A DNA stretch of 64,000 nt from Adineta vaga (Eukaryota > Animalia > Rotifera), in assembly GCA_021613535.1 (NCBI GenBank), contig CP075496.1, positions 1,488,001-1,552,000 on the forward strand, written 5' to 3'. The first letter of the stretch is position 1. Every line of letters starts with the position of its first letter. The position numbers and the translations under genes are program-made. Under the pieces are notes generated by a model. It saw only the letters and a list, made by a program, of their open reading frames with translations. It had not been told where the DNA came from and made no database searches. Positions 15,263 to 29,643 of the stretch are shown piece by piece.

Positions 15263-16617
15263 ATGGGTAATTTTCATCATAAGGCACTCATGGTCTCTGC
15301 TTCGGTCAGTGCCTATACTGCGCCAACACTTATGGCCGTTTGTCTTCTAACAGATTATTGGATATTTGGAAAACAAACACGATTATCATCAACACCCATA
15401 ACCAAAGCAGGTGATGTACGAATTTTGAATTTCACTTATCATCGAATCGGATTATGGCGCGAATGTTCAAAAGAGACTTTAAGTAACTTAAATAGAAATA
15501 CAATTGAATTTTTACTGATTTTTATCGAAATAAATATTATTTTAGATGTTTCATATACATGTGAAGTTGTAAAGTATTCAAAAGCCGAAGCGAAATTAGA
15601 AAAAGGCTTCAAAGCTGTATCATGTAAGATTGATTTTTGGATAAAATAATACTGATTTATTGAAATACTTGAATATACATATATATATATATAGATCGAT
15701 CAGCACCAATTATGGTTTGTTTTACAGCTGCATCTCTTCTTTTATTCATTGCTATACTTTTATTTTCACGTGGTCTTTGCAAACGACGTCGAAAGGCAGT
15801 TTTCTTTATCTCAGGACTTTTATTTTCTATCTCAGGTAAGTTTCTCTTCTTCGTTTCTACGTAATCAAATGATTTCGTTTTTTCTTATTTAGGTTTGCTC
15901 ACAATGGTTGGTGTCACATTATATGTTTCAGTAACGACAGAAGAAGCAGCAAAAATCGATCAAGATATTCCGGTGATGCAATGTACCTATGGCTATTCAT
16001 TTATTTGTGCTGTTTTATCATTTGTTCTTCAAGAATTAACTGGTGTATTGACTGTTTATTGGTTTATCTATCGTTTTCGTGCACTTGTACGTAAACAAGA
16101 AAAATTACGTGAACGTACTCGTCAATTAATGGGTAATTGTCTTTCCATGACAACTGCATTACCATTGAATCTTGTTTCACTTGATTCCAATCATACTGCA
16201 AAACCAATGGCAAATCGTTCCAATCCAAATCATCATACAACATCAACAGATCAACGTCATCATTATATAACGAATGATACAGGACAAAAACAACAAGGAA
16301 GACGTCTTCCATTTGATAAAGCTCCACCAATATCATCTCAACAAATTGAAAAACATTCGTATCGAACATTGCCACCACGATCGCCGACATTAATGTATGG
16401 AGACTATTGTCGCGTGTTAATACGCGCTGAAGATATGGATTTATTAACAAAAATGGTGAAATCTAAATCACAAGCACATCTATCAAGACCAACAACACCA
16501 GCACCAACGATACCGACGATCAAAATTGTACCTAATTCTTCTACACATCGACAGCTTGCTGATCAATCAACGAGGCGAAGCACTCACAAAGGTGTTAAAC
16601 GGACTACATCTGTTTAA
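15263..16617 (+). CDS. TARP/stargazin-like (CACNG, claudin superfamily) AMPA-receptor auxiliary subunit, 4 exons
   Basis: TM1 followed by TDYW, GLWxxC motif (IGLWREC), YGYSF before TM4, and a C-terminal class I PDZ ligand KRTTSV resembling stargazin RRTTPV. Confidence 0.87.
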
Positions 16618-16637
16618 ATATTTGAAGATTTTTCTTT

Positions 16638-16640
<3 letters not shown>

Positions 16641-16668
<28 letters not shown>
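16641..16668. repeat. (CT)n microsatellite in the TARP 3' UTR
   Basis: Run of CT dinucleotides. Confidence 0.85.
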
Positions 16669-16673
<5 letters not shown>

Positions 16674-17614
16674 CAATGTCTTTTATCAGTTCAGATAGAT
16701 GGATTCATTTTTTTTCTCTCTGTTCTCACGATGTGATGCAAGAACAAATGATCAATATTAGCAAAAAACTTTTCTCTTCCTTTTTTTTTCCCTCGCATAT
16801 TTGTTATCTTCATATCGTGACTGACATCAGTAACAAAGAACAGACAAATACAAAAAACATGTGAGAATTTCTTTGATTTTGTTCATTGAAAATTTCATTC
16901 TTTTCTTCGTTTGTTTTTTTTTCTCACGAATCTATATCTGATAATCAACAGATCTATTTTATGATTATCTTATGTCATTTCAAGGCTTTTTATATGATTA
17001 GTTTTTGATTGATTAGAATATAAGTGATAGAAAAACAATTGATCATTTCCAAAGTAATAATATATGACAGAAGATTTGCCATTCTTCTTTTTCAACAAGA
17101 TATTTAATCTTTCTTCTTGACATTTTTATTCAATATGACTCATCTGATATTAGTAAATGAAAAAAACGTGCCACCATAAAATCTCTTTCAAGTGTCTGTT
17201 TATGATTTCACCTACTTCTCTCGATTTTTCTTTTACATGTATATATATATAAACCTGAATAAACATTTCTGCAAAGAAATCTGTTGTTGCTATTCTGTTG
17301 CGATTACTCGAACAAGTTTGCAATCTCTTACATTGATGTTGTCTTTTTATTTCGTTTGCATTTGTTTTTTTCTACATCGGTTATTGTCGTTGCCGTGTTT
17401 CTCTCATACACAATTCAATTTCTCTTATTGCCACAAGTTGAATTTTTATTACTTATCGAAACAGCAATACGTTTTTCGTCGAGAATCGATACAGAAATAA
17501 ATTTCAAGCCATTGAAGAACAACGATTCAGAATGAAAGAGTTTTATCACGGGTTTCATCTATGTATTTTGTGGTTAATTTTTCTTTTTCAGACAATTTGT
17601 TTTCTCGTCAAATA

Positions 17615-20600
17615 ATGGCGTACATTGAAACAAATGCAAGATATCAAAGTGTTCTATCGGATAGTCCAAAACGAAGTTTTCAACAAGAAGAACATATTTA
17701 TGAAGAACAACCATATTATGCAAATGAACGATCGATTTCCCGACAAAACATCGATGAAGATTATCGACGAAAAAGCGAGGTTTGTAAATGTATATATTAT
17801 ATATATCAGTCAAACTAACCTTCTTCTACAAAATTCATCGATAAGTTCATGAGAAAACTAATCTTTCAATTAATTTCGTTTTACCATAAGATGAATTTCT
17901 CGATCTTTCCTTCTTGTTTTATAATCTATTGACATAACTACTCGATTTTATGGTTATGTCTAGTAAAATTCGTTGTTTTATAATTCAATGTAAACTTACA
18001 TCTTCAAAACGAACGAGAGAAAAACAAGATAAAATATCTATTCATCTGATATCAACCGCAAAATCTCATGTCTATCTATGTGTTTTAACATATGACACTC
18101 AGACGACATTATCAAGCAAATAAGTTATTCATAATTCAAACATGTCGATCAGCTACTGATCATCATACTGATATTTGATATCGTCTATGATTCATTTCTT
18201 TGTTTCAGATATCTTCTTAAAAGAAACAATGTCGATTTTTTTGTCTTTTTCGAAACAATAACATTTTAAAGTACATTCATGTAGATCTCCTATCATCATC
18301 GTATCAACCAAATACAGAAAAAAAAAGAATAGTTAAGTGACCCCGAGTGACGATATGTATATATAAACGTTAGTATGTGGTAAATCGAAAACAGAAAAGA
18401 AAGAACATAGGTGAATACATTGAAGAGAATTTTCATCTTATCAAATAAGGCATGGGTGTATGAGAACGAAAAAACGAGATGTAATATCGTCACAAAGATT
18501 TAGCGTCTCTCCTTTTCTTGCATTCATTGCGCTCCTACTCGTTTCTTTTCTTTTCTCTCTCAGTGTTAGCCTCAAGATGCTTATATGTTCTATTTGTATG
18601 CGAGCCAAGCATAGTTGTTCTCTTTGTCTCTACCTTATCATATTTTGTCGACACGTCGCTTGCTCAGTTTCTCTCTCTCTCTCTCTCGTTCTATTCTTAC
18701 AATTACCACTACCACACTAGCTTCTATCGTACCCGCTTACTCGTCCGATAGCACTTTGAAAAAAAAAAGGACAAAGCAAAGGAGAAAAGATAAACTCAAA
18801 TAGACAGAAAAAAGAAAGAACGAGACATCGTTCTACATTCTCTTCGTTCTCTCATACATTCTAAAGAAGAAGTAAAGATAGAGTCAACGTGTATGCGTGT
18901 ATGTCACTGTGAGTTAGCGATTCATACAATGCGATTGTTATCCTGATCATTACTTCTATCATTAGAATAATTATTTTTGTGCATTGTTTTGTTGATTTCA
19001 AAGAAAATTATTAAAAATGATGGAAGATGAACAAGATCAAGTGAGTATTTTCTCATAATAAAAACAAAATATTTACAAGAAAAAAGAATAATAACTACTA
19101 GTTAGATAAATCGATCAATTTCCAACAGTCTTTGTGTACATTACAATAAAACCTATAAGACATATTTCTTCCAGATGACAGCTACATAAAGATATTACTT
19201 GATGATAGACATGAAGAATAGATAGTAATTTGTAGACAAGGTTTTGTTTTGATCCTGAAAACGATGGGAATCATCAATCTTGATTAACGCTTTTTCTTTT
19301 TTTAAGGTTCCTTATAATAATATCGATGTTGATTATAATCGTTCAACAAATTCAAATGTAAAAGTTACCAATGGTCATTCATCCTTTCAATACAATTCAA
19401 ATGGTATTGGTGCTAATCCCGAACAATTTTCATGTTATCAATGCGATCGAAATCTATCGGGTTCACGATATATTCTTAAAGATGAACATCCTTATTGTAT
19501 TAAATGTTATGAAGATCGTTTTGCTAATCCATGTGAAGAATGTCGAAAAAAAATTGGAACTGAATCAAAAGTTAGTTAACATCGATATGACGAATGATTA
19601 GAATATAATTCGATTTACTTCCTTTTTTTTTCGTTTAGGATCTTTCTTATAAAGATCGACATTGGCATGAAAAATGTTTCTTCTGTTCAATGTGTAAAAC
19701 ACCATTAGTAGATAAACCATTTGGTTGTAAAAATGAACAATTATATTGTGGTGAATGTTACAATCAACAATTTGCATCACGTTGTGATAAATGTAAACAA
19801 ATATTTAAACCGGGTAATGATGATTTTAATGTGAGAATGACAATTAATCGATTTATTTTTTATAGGAACAAAAAAATTAGAATATCATGGAGAACAATAT
19901 CATGAACATTGTTTTACTTGTTATGCATGTTCACAACCAATTGGAACGAAAAGTTTTATTCCAAAAGATCAAAAGAGTTATTGCGTTCCTTGCTATGAAG
20001 AACATTTTGCAACGAAATGTACTCGTTGTTCGAAGGTAATATTTTGAAACAACAGATGATCATTTCTCTTCTATTTACTTGTGAGAAAACATTTTAATCT
20101 TTTTTTTATTCTCTTCTCATCTCATAGGTGATTACCCAAGGTGGTGTAACATACAAAAACCAACCATGGTATGTTTCTTAATCTCTTCGTTTGTTTGTTT
20201 TTTTTATTTATCCTTGCAATTATTTCCTTTTCTTTCTCGTTTAGGCATCGTGAATGTTTTACATGTACAAACTGTAAACAATCTTTAGCTGGTCATCGAT
20301 TTACATCACGAGATGAACAACCTTACTGTTCAGAATGTTTTGCTCGTCTTTTTGCTAAGAAATGTTTTGCATGTACGAAACCAATAACTGGTAAGTACTC
20401 AACTAGACATTTCTATGGTTAAAAATATGACTTCTTATTGAATAGGTGTCGGTGGTACACGTTATATCTCATTTGAAGATCGTCATTGGCATAATGATTG
20501 TTTCGTTTGTCAACGTTGTCATAGTTCGTTAGTTGGTCGAGGTTTTCTAACTGAAGATTCAAATATTCTCTGTCCTGAATGTGGTAAACGAGATCAATAT

Positions 20601-20672
20601 TATCCATCAGAAAATACTGGTTTTAATAGTGGTCATCGAAGTATTGTGAGTGATTATCCGAAAACTAATTAG
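17615..20672 (+). CDS. FHL2: Four-and-a-half LIM domain protein (FHL2/Limpet family) with two alternative first coding exons (17615-17779; 19017-19040)
   Basis: Half LIM CYQCDRNLSG...CIKCYE followed by four LIMs, with FHL-specific linkers DLSYKDRHWHEKCF, GGVTYKNQPWHRECF and YISFEDRHWHNDCF. Confidence 0.9.
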
Positions 20673-21334
20673 AACAAAACTCAAAACAAAGAAAATCATT
20701 TTTTTTCCTTCTTTTTCTTTTTCTTTTTGTCTATTCACCATGCATCTTGTGATGAAAAAGCAAACAAAGTTAAACGAACATTTTCTTCATTTGAATGACA
20801 ATTAAACTATTCAATTCTTTTTCTTCTCTCTCTGTCTCTCTTAGTTTTTCTTCTTCTTTTTTTGTTTCGTTTATTCCACTGAAGCAAAACGATTTTTGAA
20901 CTTATCATTCGCTTCCATTTTTCTCTCTTCTCTTTAGTTTTTGTTTTTTCTTGTGCTGCTGCTACTTCATTTTTTCTCATTTCCCTTTTTCTGATAATGA
21001 ATAGACAGAACAAATTTTAATCAGAAGATGCTTTTTTTCGTCCTATACAACATACTTTCGACTTATTCAATTATCATACATGCCATATTGACTATCAACA
21101 TCATTTATCATCTGTCAATTGTTTCAGAGCAAAAGAGATATTCTATTTGCTTCAATGAGTTTGCTTATGAATGAATATAGTATGAAGGTTTTCAAAAGTA
21201 AATGTTAGATTCTTTTTCTCTCTATGCTGAATCAGCAAATAAAATGAAATAAACATAAAAGATAACAAGAATAACATAAAAAGAAAAGAGAATGTTCTTT
21301 GATTAAATAATACATTGAGTTTCTATTGATATGA

Positions 21335-22938
21335 TTATTTATCATCTTTGCTTTTGTTTTTTGATGTATCTGATTTATTATTGTCATTATCAGTATCTTT
21401 TTGTTGTTGTTGAACTTGGTCAAGTGCTGCTCGTACAGCTTCACTATCGACATCCACACCAGGTAGGTCTCGAAGGACATCACGTAAGAACTGTGGATCA
21501 TTGAGAGAAGCTGCAAATGTATCTTCATTTGTCTGTTGGAAAGAAAAAACAACATTAGAATTATGTTGTAAGTTATCTATCAAACTATACCTTTGATGTA
21601 TCTGAAATCACTGGAGCTTCTTCTTTCATCTCAACATCATTTGTAGCTGAAGATAAAGAGAAAGAAGAAAAAAAAAGCGTAGGATTTATTTATGAAGATT
21701 TCAATAACATACGAGTGCCTTCTACTTGTTGAGACATGGACATTTGTATAGCTAAAGCAATCTGTTCATCTTCTGTAAGTCGAGTTACATCCATATCATT
21801 AGTATTTGTTCCTAAATAAAGTCGATCATTGGATAAAAGTATAGCATATCTTGTAAATTACCTGATATTGCGGTATTTGATTGATTTCCTTCATTAGTTG
21901 GAGTGTGACCAACTTCCGCTTCTTGTGCACGTCGTTGTTCTTCCATAGAAATACGAAGTGCCTAGAAAGGTAATCTCGAAGTGAATAGAATATTAAAGAT
22001 TTGAGAAAACGCACCATTGCTAATTCCGGATCATCTTCCGGATTAATTCCAAATGCAAAAGCACTTGCTGCATATCCACTTGGTAAACCTGTTCCATCTT
22101 CGCTTTGAATTATTGGTGTGTTAATTAATGTATCCGGTAAATTTGCTCCGGATGGAACACATATCAAATGTGAACTAGATAAAACAAAAACAAAAAAAGA
22201 CTTCAGATTTCATTCTTATCAAGCTTTAATTACTTTGTATTCTCTTTGCCATTTATAACTGTAATAAATTCTTCGAATTTTTCACGAGAAGACTAAAATA
22301 AAAACATCAATAAACCTATAAATTTAAATCTCAATGAATAGTATACTTCTTCACCAAAGATAACAATATCAATTGAGACTTTTTCTTTCTTCAATCGTTT
22401 GGCTAATTTGGTAAATTCATTGGTATCAACTTCAAGTGGACTACCAACGAATACAATGATGCGTGGTCGATGATTTTTACCTTGTCGATGTTTTAATGCT
22501 AACTAGAAGAATTTGAAATTCAAATCTCGATAGATTTCTTTTCGATAACTTACATTTGCTACTTTAATTCCTTTACAAAAGTCAAGTTTTCCTTCGATTG
22601 GTAATAAATGTAATTTTGAAAAGACTTTTCCCACATCACCTGTCAATTGTGTTACAACTCGTCCACTAAAATTCAAAGAAAATCATTAGAAATTATTCTT
22701 CCTAACTATCTATCTTCTTACTCAGAAAGGGTCAATAAACCAACATTGTTTTCTGGATTTGATCTTGTTTTCGCATGAAATATCAATGAAACTGCATCTT
22801 GTTGAGCTTGCATTCTTGTCGGAATAAAATCTCCATCTCGCATAAAATCACTATTGTCAACACTAAATTTACCGAAAATGAACATCAATCATGATTGAAA
22901 AATTCCTCTCACCATATAATTGTACTTTCCAAAGGCAT
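21335..22938 (-). CDS. PSMD4: 26S proteasome non-ATPase subunit 4 (Rpn10/S5a)
   Basis: MPLESTII|[18 protein letters not shown] vWA start, [11 protein letters not shown]1 [18 protein letters not shown]2 [13 protein letters not shown]-terminal [16 protein letters not shown]. Confidence 0.95.
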
Positions 22939-23317
22939 ATTTTAAGTAAAAAGAAACTAGAAAAGAACTCGATCTGAAATAAAAACGAAGTTTCGATTTT
23001 TTGTTTGTTTCAATCATCACTTATTGTTCAACAGTATATTTTGTTTTTTTTTACACTAAAGACAAGAATATGAGAGAAATATATAATAAAAAAAGGAAAA
23101 GAAAAGTTGTAGAGAGGTAGCGAAAGAAACACTGTTCTGTACATTGACAACGCACCGGGCGTCGTAAAGAGAGACAGAAAAAGAAAAGATACATATATAT
23201 ATCGTATGGACCAGCCAACAAGCACATATACATGGAATGGAAATGATTACAGACAAACTGATCAATAGCACCAGATCTACGTTTGAGAATAAACATAAAA
23301 TACACAAATAAACACGA

Positions 23318-25113
23318 CTACGATAGTCTTTGTTTTGGTAACTGATTTTGACTTGCAATACGTAATGCACGAATCCAATCTTTACGATCATCTTCTGATG
23401 ATGCTGACATACGATAAACTGTATGATGACCTAAAACACAAGACGAATTCATTTCTTTTTTTGTTAAAGATTTCCAAAAGAAACAAACCATCAATCCATT
23501 TGCCGATATCGCCTGGAGCTGGTTTACTTGCTTTAACTTTATCTCCTGTTAAGGGAAAAAGTTCAAAACAAAATTGTTTTGTACGATCGTCATCAATTTC
23601 ACGAATACCAACATCAACAAGTGGAATAACTCCACGAGGATTTTCAACTTCCTAGAAGAAAAAAACAGATTAGAAATGTTCCATCATTCAAAATTCCTTA
23701 CTGAGCTCGATTCAAAATAAAACAAACACCCATCAGTTATAATAAACCATCGTCGTTTCCAATTTCGAACACGACCGCCTAGAAAATCAAATTCATTCAT
23801 GTCAACATGTATTATTATATTGAAAAACAACAGCAATTTCTTCTATTCTCATGTAATAAATATTTACCTTGTTTCCATAACCATCCTTCTTTTAATACTG
23901 TTGAATCACTACCAAAAACAGGCATAGTTGAATTCACATCTCCATCGGGAAATTTCAATTCATTATTTTTAATATTATCATAAATATTCTAAAAATTTGA
24001 TCAAATAATTCATTGAGAAACGTTCAATTAATCTTACTTTGATTATATTTTGATCAGGCATTTGATTTCTTGCGATCGTTTCATTTAAACTATGAACAAA
24101 TTTCTCATAGGTCAATGGTCCACCGCCTAAACGAGCATTTTTATTATGTAATGAAGTATTTAACATAACAATTGCAAATGAAACAATATAACACACTTCT
24201 AAAATAGAGAAAGAAAAAGAAATTTATCAATGTAAGGAACATTTCTTTTTACCAGCAGATGCATAAATATGTGGATTACATTCATAATAACGTTGAGCGA
24301 ATGCTTCCATAATTCGATCGATTTTTTGAGCTTCACCCGGAAGAATGAATGTGAATAAATATCGTCTAAAAACAAAATCGATTAATGATTCACAGACTAA
24401 AATATAATCGAACCAACCTCAATGCATCAACAATATCCATCGAAAAGAAGTCATGCATATGTGCAAAATGTTTCAAAGCTTCAATATGAAAATCATCTCT
24501 ATTGAAAAGAAAGAGGCAAATCTTCGGTTTCAATCTTTGTATTTCTCTCTTCTTACTTCTCTCCAAGATAATCTCCAATAGCACGTTTACTTAAACCAGT
24601 TTCATTAAAAAGAAACGCAGCTGTATGTTCTGATGTATTTTGTATTAGACCATTATCGATTAACCATCGAATACCCTAATATAGACAACAAAGAAAACAT
24701 TTGATTTCAATTTATTTCTTTGATTTACTTCTTTTGGATTATCATTAAAACGTTTTTTTCCAGTTGACCATTGTTTTACATTAGAATGACGACGACTAAA
24801 CAAGCGAATGTAATTTTCGTTTAGAATAACACAGATTTTCTTCATACTCATCGTTACTATGTGATTGAATCATAGACATTTCAATTTCACATTGAGCAAT
24901 TTTCTCTCGAATATCCTAAAAATTAAAATATGAAGAAATAACAAGAAAAGATTTGTTTATACTTGAATTTCTTTTTTCAGTTGTTCTTTACGTCGACGAA
25001 TAACATCCATTGGAATATGTGAATCAGCAACGGTTCCGTTTCCTTCAATTAAAAATCCATTGAAATCATTTATCAAATCTTATTTTCTACATACCGAAAC
25101 CGTTGAGTGTCAT
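23318..25113 (-). CDS. CYTH: Cytohesin (Sec7 ARF-GEF + PH domain)
   Basis: N-terminal coiled coil, [24 protein letters not shown], Glu-finger [25 protein letters not shown] domain KEGWLWKQG|[11 protein letters not shown]. Confidence 0.93.
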
Positions 25114-25713
25114 CTTTCGATTTTGATTTATTCAATAGAAATCTAAAGAGAAGAAAGTCATTGATTCTTATCAAGCGAAATAAATCGAATCTCTCATACG
25201 TAATCAATTCATTCTTTACTTCGATAAAAACTATGAAATAGAACGAACGAAACTGTGCCTAAACAATCGTGTTAGATGAATCAGTTTTGTATATATGAAA
25301 GTTAACCAGGTTAAAATGTTTTCGACGAATTTTGAGAATTGGATTTTTTTTTAAAAAACGAATAAATGATTCAAGGATAAAGTGATTTTCAAGAGGAAAA
25401 ATTATTTGATCTGAATCATTTGCACGTAATAGAATCTAATTGGAATTTCGAAGACTCGAATTTCAAGATAAGAAACTAGATTGTTCGACAGTATGATCAT
25501 GACGCGAGAACGAGAAAGTGAAACAAACAAATAACAAATCTATACATGGGGTAAAACGTAGCCAAGATGAGTGTTTCCTTTCATCTTACGTCTCGTGAAA
25601 AAATGCAACCATTTTATTGGATATACGTCATTCAACAAGTTCGTTTTTCTTTATCAATAGATGTCGCGAGATATTTGAAAAAGTTTTATTATAAGTTTCA
25701 TAGAAATTGATCG

Positions 25714-25769
25714 AGGGTGTGAGTGTGAGTGGCATATTTCCATATGAATCCTACTCTCACCCTTACCCT
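25714..25769. repeat. Short palindromic MITE-like element
   Basis: AGGGTGTGAGTGTGAGTGG...CTACTCTCACCCTTACCCT imperfect terminal inverted repeats. A similar element lies at 52466-52520. Confidence 0.5.
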
Positions 25770-26540
25770 AATAAATACATCAAGATTATAGACATCTTGA
25801 GATAAATCATTGACAAATTGATAAGTTTCAGATACTGATTTCTTTGTGAGAAAACAAACAAGTCAATTTATCTACTTGAATATGTCAATTCCGAACGAAA
25901 AATAAGAAAAAGATCACTACGAAATAGATTTCCATCGTTTCTGATTATGATCATGACAATCCATTTGTTATTACATCGATTTATGAATAATAGATGTTTT
26001 TTAAAAACATATCATAATTCGAACTGTATGATCGACTCACATATTTCAAAACGTCAAGTAGAAACGATTTCTCTTTATTTCTATTCCCACCGGCTGAGAT
26101 TTTCCACATGATAATGTTCTATGAATAAAAATAAAACTTGGCAAGATCATCTCAATCCGCCTTTCATACAAACGAACAAAAGCATATTGACATCGAAATG
26201 TTGAAAATAAACAAACGAATAGCATGAACAAAATCAAGAAAAAGGAAAACTGTGAATGTATAACATATAATATCAACAGACAATAAGCAGACACTAAAAG
26301 AGAAAAAGAAAGAAAAAGCCATGATCTTAAACGTTAAAAGATACAGAGAGAGAACGAATAATAGTTTTCAAACTATCATTGAATGTATGTTTTGTTTTGG
26401 TTTGGCTTGTTGTCATTCGAAACGAAATATTAATATAGATTGTTTGTTGATAGGATAATTAAAATTGAAATAAACATAATCGCTTGTTGAAAAATAAATG
26501 ACAAAAAAGCGAAAGCGATTTAGAATAAGTCTCCGTTTTT

Positions 26541-29500
26541 TTAGGATGAATCATCACTATCTTTCATATTTGAATCATTTTCATATGATTTTGTATTCGT
26601 CGACGAATTCGATGGATATTGTTGTTGTTGTTGATGACGATGTGTAGATGTCTCTTGTTCGATTTGTCGTAAAAGATTCAGAACAAGATCACGTTTTTGG
26701 GGATGAGCATGAATAGCATCTAATAATTGTTGTTCATTTTTTTCTGTTTCTAATTGTCTTGATGGTTGATAATGAGAACTAGTTGCAGATTGAATTGGTG
26801 GCGTTTGTCTTTGATTATTTACTACGAAAAAGAAAAGGAAATTTTTAATAAAAATTGAAAAAGAATATTTGATGATGTTTACCTAAGGAAAGATGACTGA
26901 AATCTTGAACATTTTGTTGTTGTTGTATTGGAGGTGTCTGTGGATATTGTTGACGATAAGTTTCATTAGTGGATTGATCATAATAATGTTCCGAAGGTGG
27001 TGATAATGTTGAATTATATGCCATTGAATTTACTAAAATGAAGAAGACGAGAAGATGACGAATTGAGTTTGAATGATAAATTTACATGTTGAATGATAAT
27101 CATATGATGAAAGATCATTTGATGGAGATGAATTAGCTTGATAAAGTTGTTGTAGTTGTTGAATGGATTGATGACTTGCAACTAAAGTTTGTTTCTGCAT
27201 TTGTCGCATTTGATTTTGTGTGGATAATCCGCTAAATGAAGAACTTTATTGAAAATTTTCGAAAAAACAAACAAACAAATGTCAACAAACCTATTTGTAA
27301 GAAGTATTGTATCATCATGATGAACGGGCATCATAGCTGGTACTTGATGATCAAATGGTTTCATATATAAACAATTATTTGTTGGATATTTATCCATATT
27401 TTTGTAGTCATTGTAAGTTCTTTGTTGATTTTTATTTGAATTATTTTGTTCAGTTTGTCTCATGGATGATAATTGATTTGTACTAGAAGTTTTTCGTCTT
27501 TTTCGCCAGATATTATGCAGATCTGTTTCATCAAAATCATCATTATCAAAATTCAGTCGATCATCAAATGAACGATCTTGTTTCTTGCTTGAATCATCAT
27601 CATCAGATTCAATGTTACTTTCCGTTTCATTTGATGGAGTTTTATCAAAATCTAACATATCAGAATCCATTGGTGATGATGAAATCGATAATGAATCTAA
27701 AACATTAATCATTAAATGAAATGATTGAAAACAATTTCTTTTTTCTATTTACCCATTCTTTCTGTTGTTGGTCTATTAAACATTTCTGGTTTAACAGTTA
27801 TTTCCTGTACAAGTGGATTCACATTTGTAGTTGCAATAAATTTCTGAATAATTTCTCCATGTGACAAACTTAATGATCGTAGACTAGTAATTTGAAGTAA
27901 GAGTCTCGGATAAGTTCGATCGGCTTGTTCAATACCGTATCTCCAACTCATATATTTTCGTAGAAGTGTCGCATATTTTTCTTGTAAACGTTTAACCAAA
28001 CCAAGATCTTGAATATTTAAACGATCCGGAGAAAACAATATAATCGGTACTAATAATGTCGATGTAACTTCATCAATATGTAAATTACACATTGATATTA
28101 AGAAATTTCGTGTACGACTAAAGATTTCTTCCCCCCATACTTTAATTAATAATGGATCAAGTGGAAGAACTTGTTCATCCATCAATGCACGTTGATCACG
28201 TGATAAATAATTTGTAAATGTATGTGTTTTAGGATTAAACAATGTTGCGGATGAACAAACCATGATTTCGATGGCTGAACCTTTTAATAAACTAACTTTG
28301 TCATCTTCCGAAAATGAATCGAAATCCTTGAGCATTCGTGCAAATAGAACCAAACGTTGAATTGGTACAATTAGAAAATTAGCGGCTGCACCTGAAGGTT
28401 TATCATTAGCAGTTGGCGGAGTCGGAGGATGTTCATTGAATTGATTAGTGAATAAAGCAGATGGATTTGGAAAATTCAATGGATAGGTTCTAAAAGAAAG
28501 TTATTTGAATAAAACATATAAATGCAAGTCAACTTACGCTCGTGACTGATATAACGCATGTGCAATATCTTCTATAAGCGTTTTTTCTTCTTTTGTTAAA
28601 TATTTATAAATATCTGGATCTTCATCAGTGACACGATTTTCTCGGCCACGTTTTCGTCGAGCTCCATATTTTTCTTCTCGTTCTTGATCAGACAAAACCC
28701 TATGAAAAGTTTAAAAAAATATATTTCAAACTAAAAAAATTGTTTTTTCTTTTTTTCGAAAAATTTTTACCATTTCGGTTTCATTCCAATGACTGTACAT
28801 TTTGTATATCGACAGAATTGACAAACTTTTCGTGTGACAATATTCACGGGACATTTTTCTAAACAAATTAATATTAAATTTCTTCTTCATTCGATATTTT
28901 TCATCGATCAACTTATTAGTAGAAGAGAAAAAACTGGGATGTAAATCCGTGTCGCGTACACGAGAAAATTATTCTCATCTGGAATGTTTTATTAGTATCC
29001 TTTGATAGAATTTCTCTAATAACACTTGTTATTCGATCGTATGGTTTTTCTTTCTTGATTCGAATTACAAAATGTAATTGACAAAATAATTTACCGTCAT
29101 TTGAACACTTATAATTTTGGAAACGATTACATTGAACGGATCGACGGAAAAAAGCTTTACAACTTTCGCAACTATTACCACCAAAATGTATCCCTTGAAA
29201 TGAGAAAAATAGATTTCATTCGAATATAAATTTCAATGAAATAAACAATTCTTTACCTGTACTTATGTCGCCACATACACTACACAATCGACTAGGTACA
29301 CCGATCGCTGATTCATCAGTTGTATGTTGATGCATTTGATCTAATATTGAAGAGAATGGATGTTGTTTTCGAAAAGATTGACAATCGTTAAATAATGTCT
29401 TTTTTACGACTTGATCATTATCAAAAGTATGACGTTTTAATATTGACGAATAACTAAGAAATGAAAATGATAAATAAATTGATTTAAATACAGAAAAATA

Positions 29501-29643
29501 AATTGAAAATATTTCTTGAAATTAAGTAAGAAAAAAAACAGAGAAGAACTCTGTTTTACATTATGTTCGCACCTTGTTCTTAAAAAACCAAGAGATAATG
29601 ATGATTGATAAGAATAATTGTAGGTAGATAATGGTATAGACAT
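26541..29643 (-). CDS. Nuclear hormone receptor, NR1 (HR96/DAF-12/NR1J-like), with very long C-terminal F domain
   Basis: DBD CSVCGDIST|GIHFGGNSCESCKAFFRRS...KCSND|EKCPVNIVTRKVCQFCRYTKC (ESCKA P-box). LBD signature FARMLKDFDSFSEDDKVSLLKG, LFSPDR, AF-2 PLVQEI. Four further in-frame exons run to TAA at 26541. Confidence 0.88.

Noticed and set aside
28860-29094. Second DBD or alternative zinc-finger exon in the long NR intron
   Set aside because: No CxxC zinc-finger pattern found. The two flanking exons already form one complete DBD.
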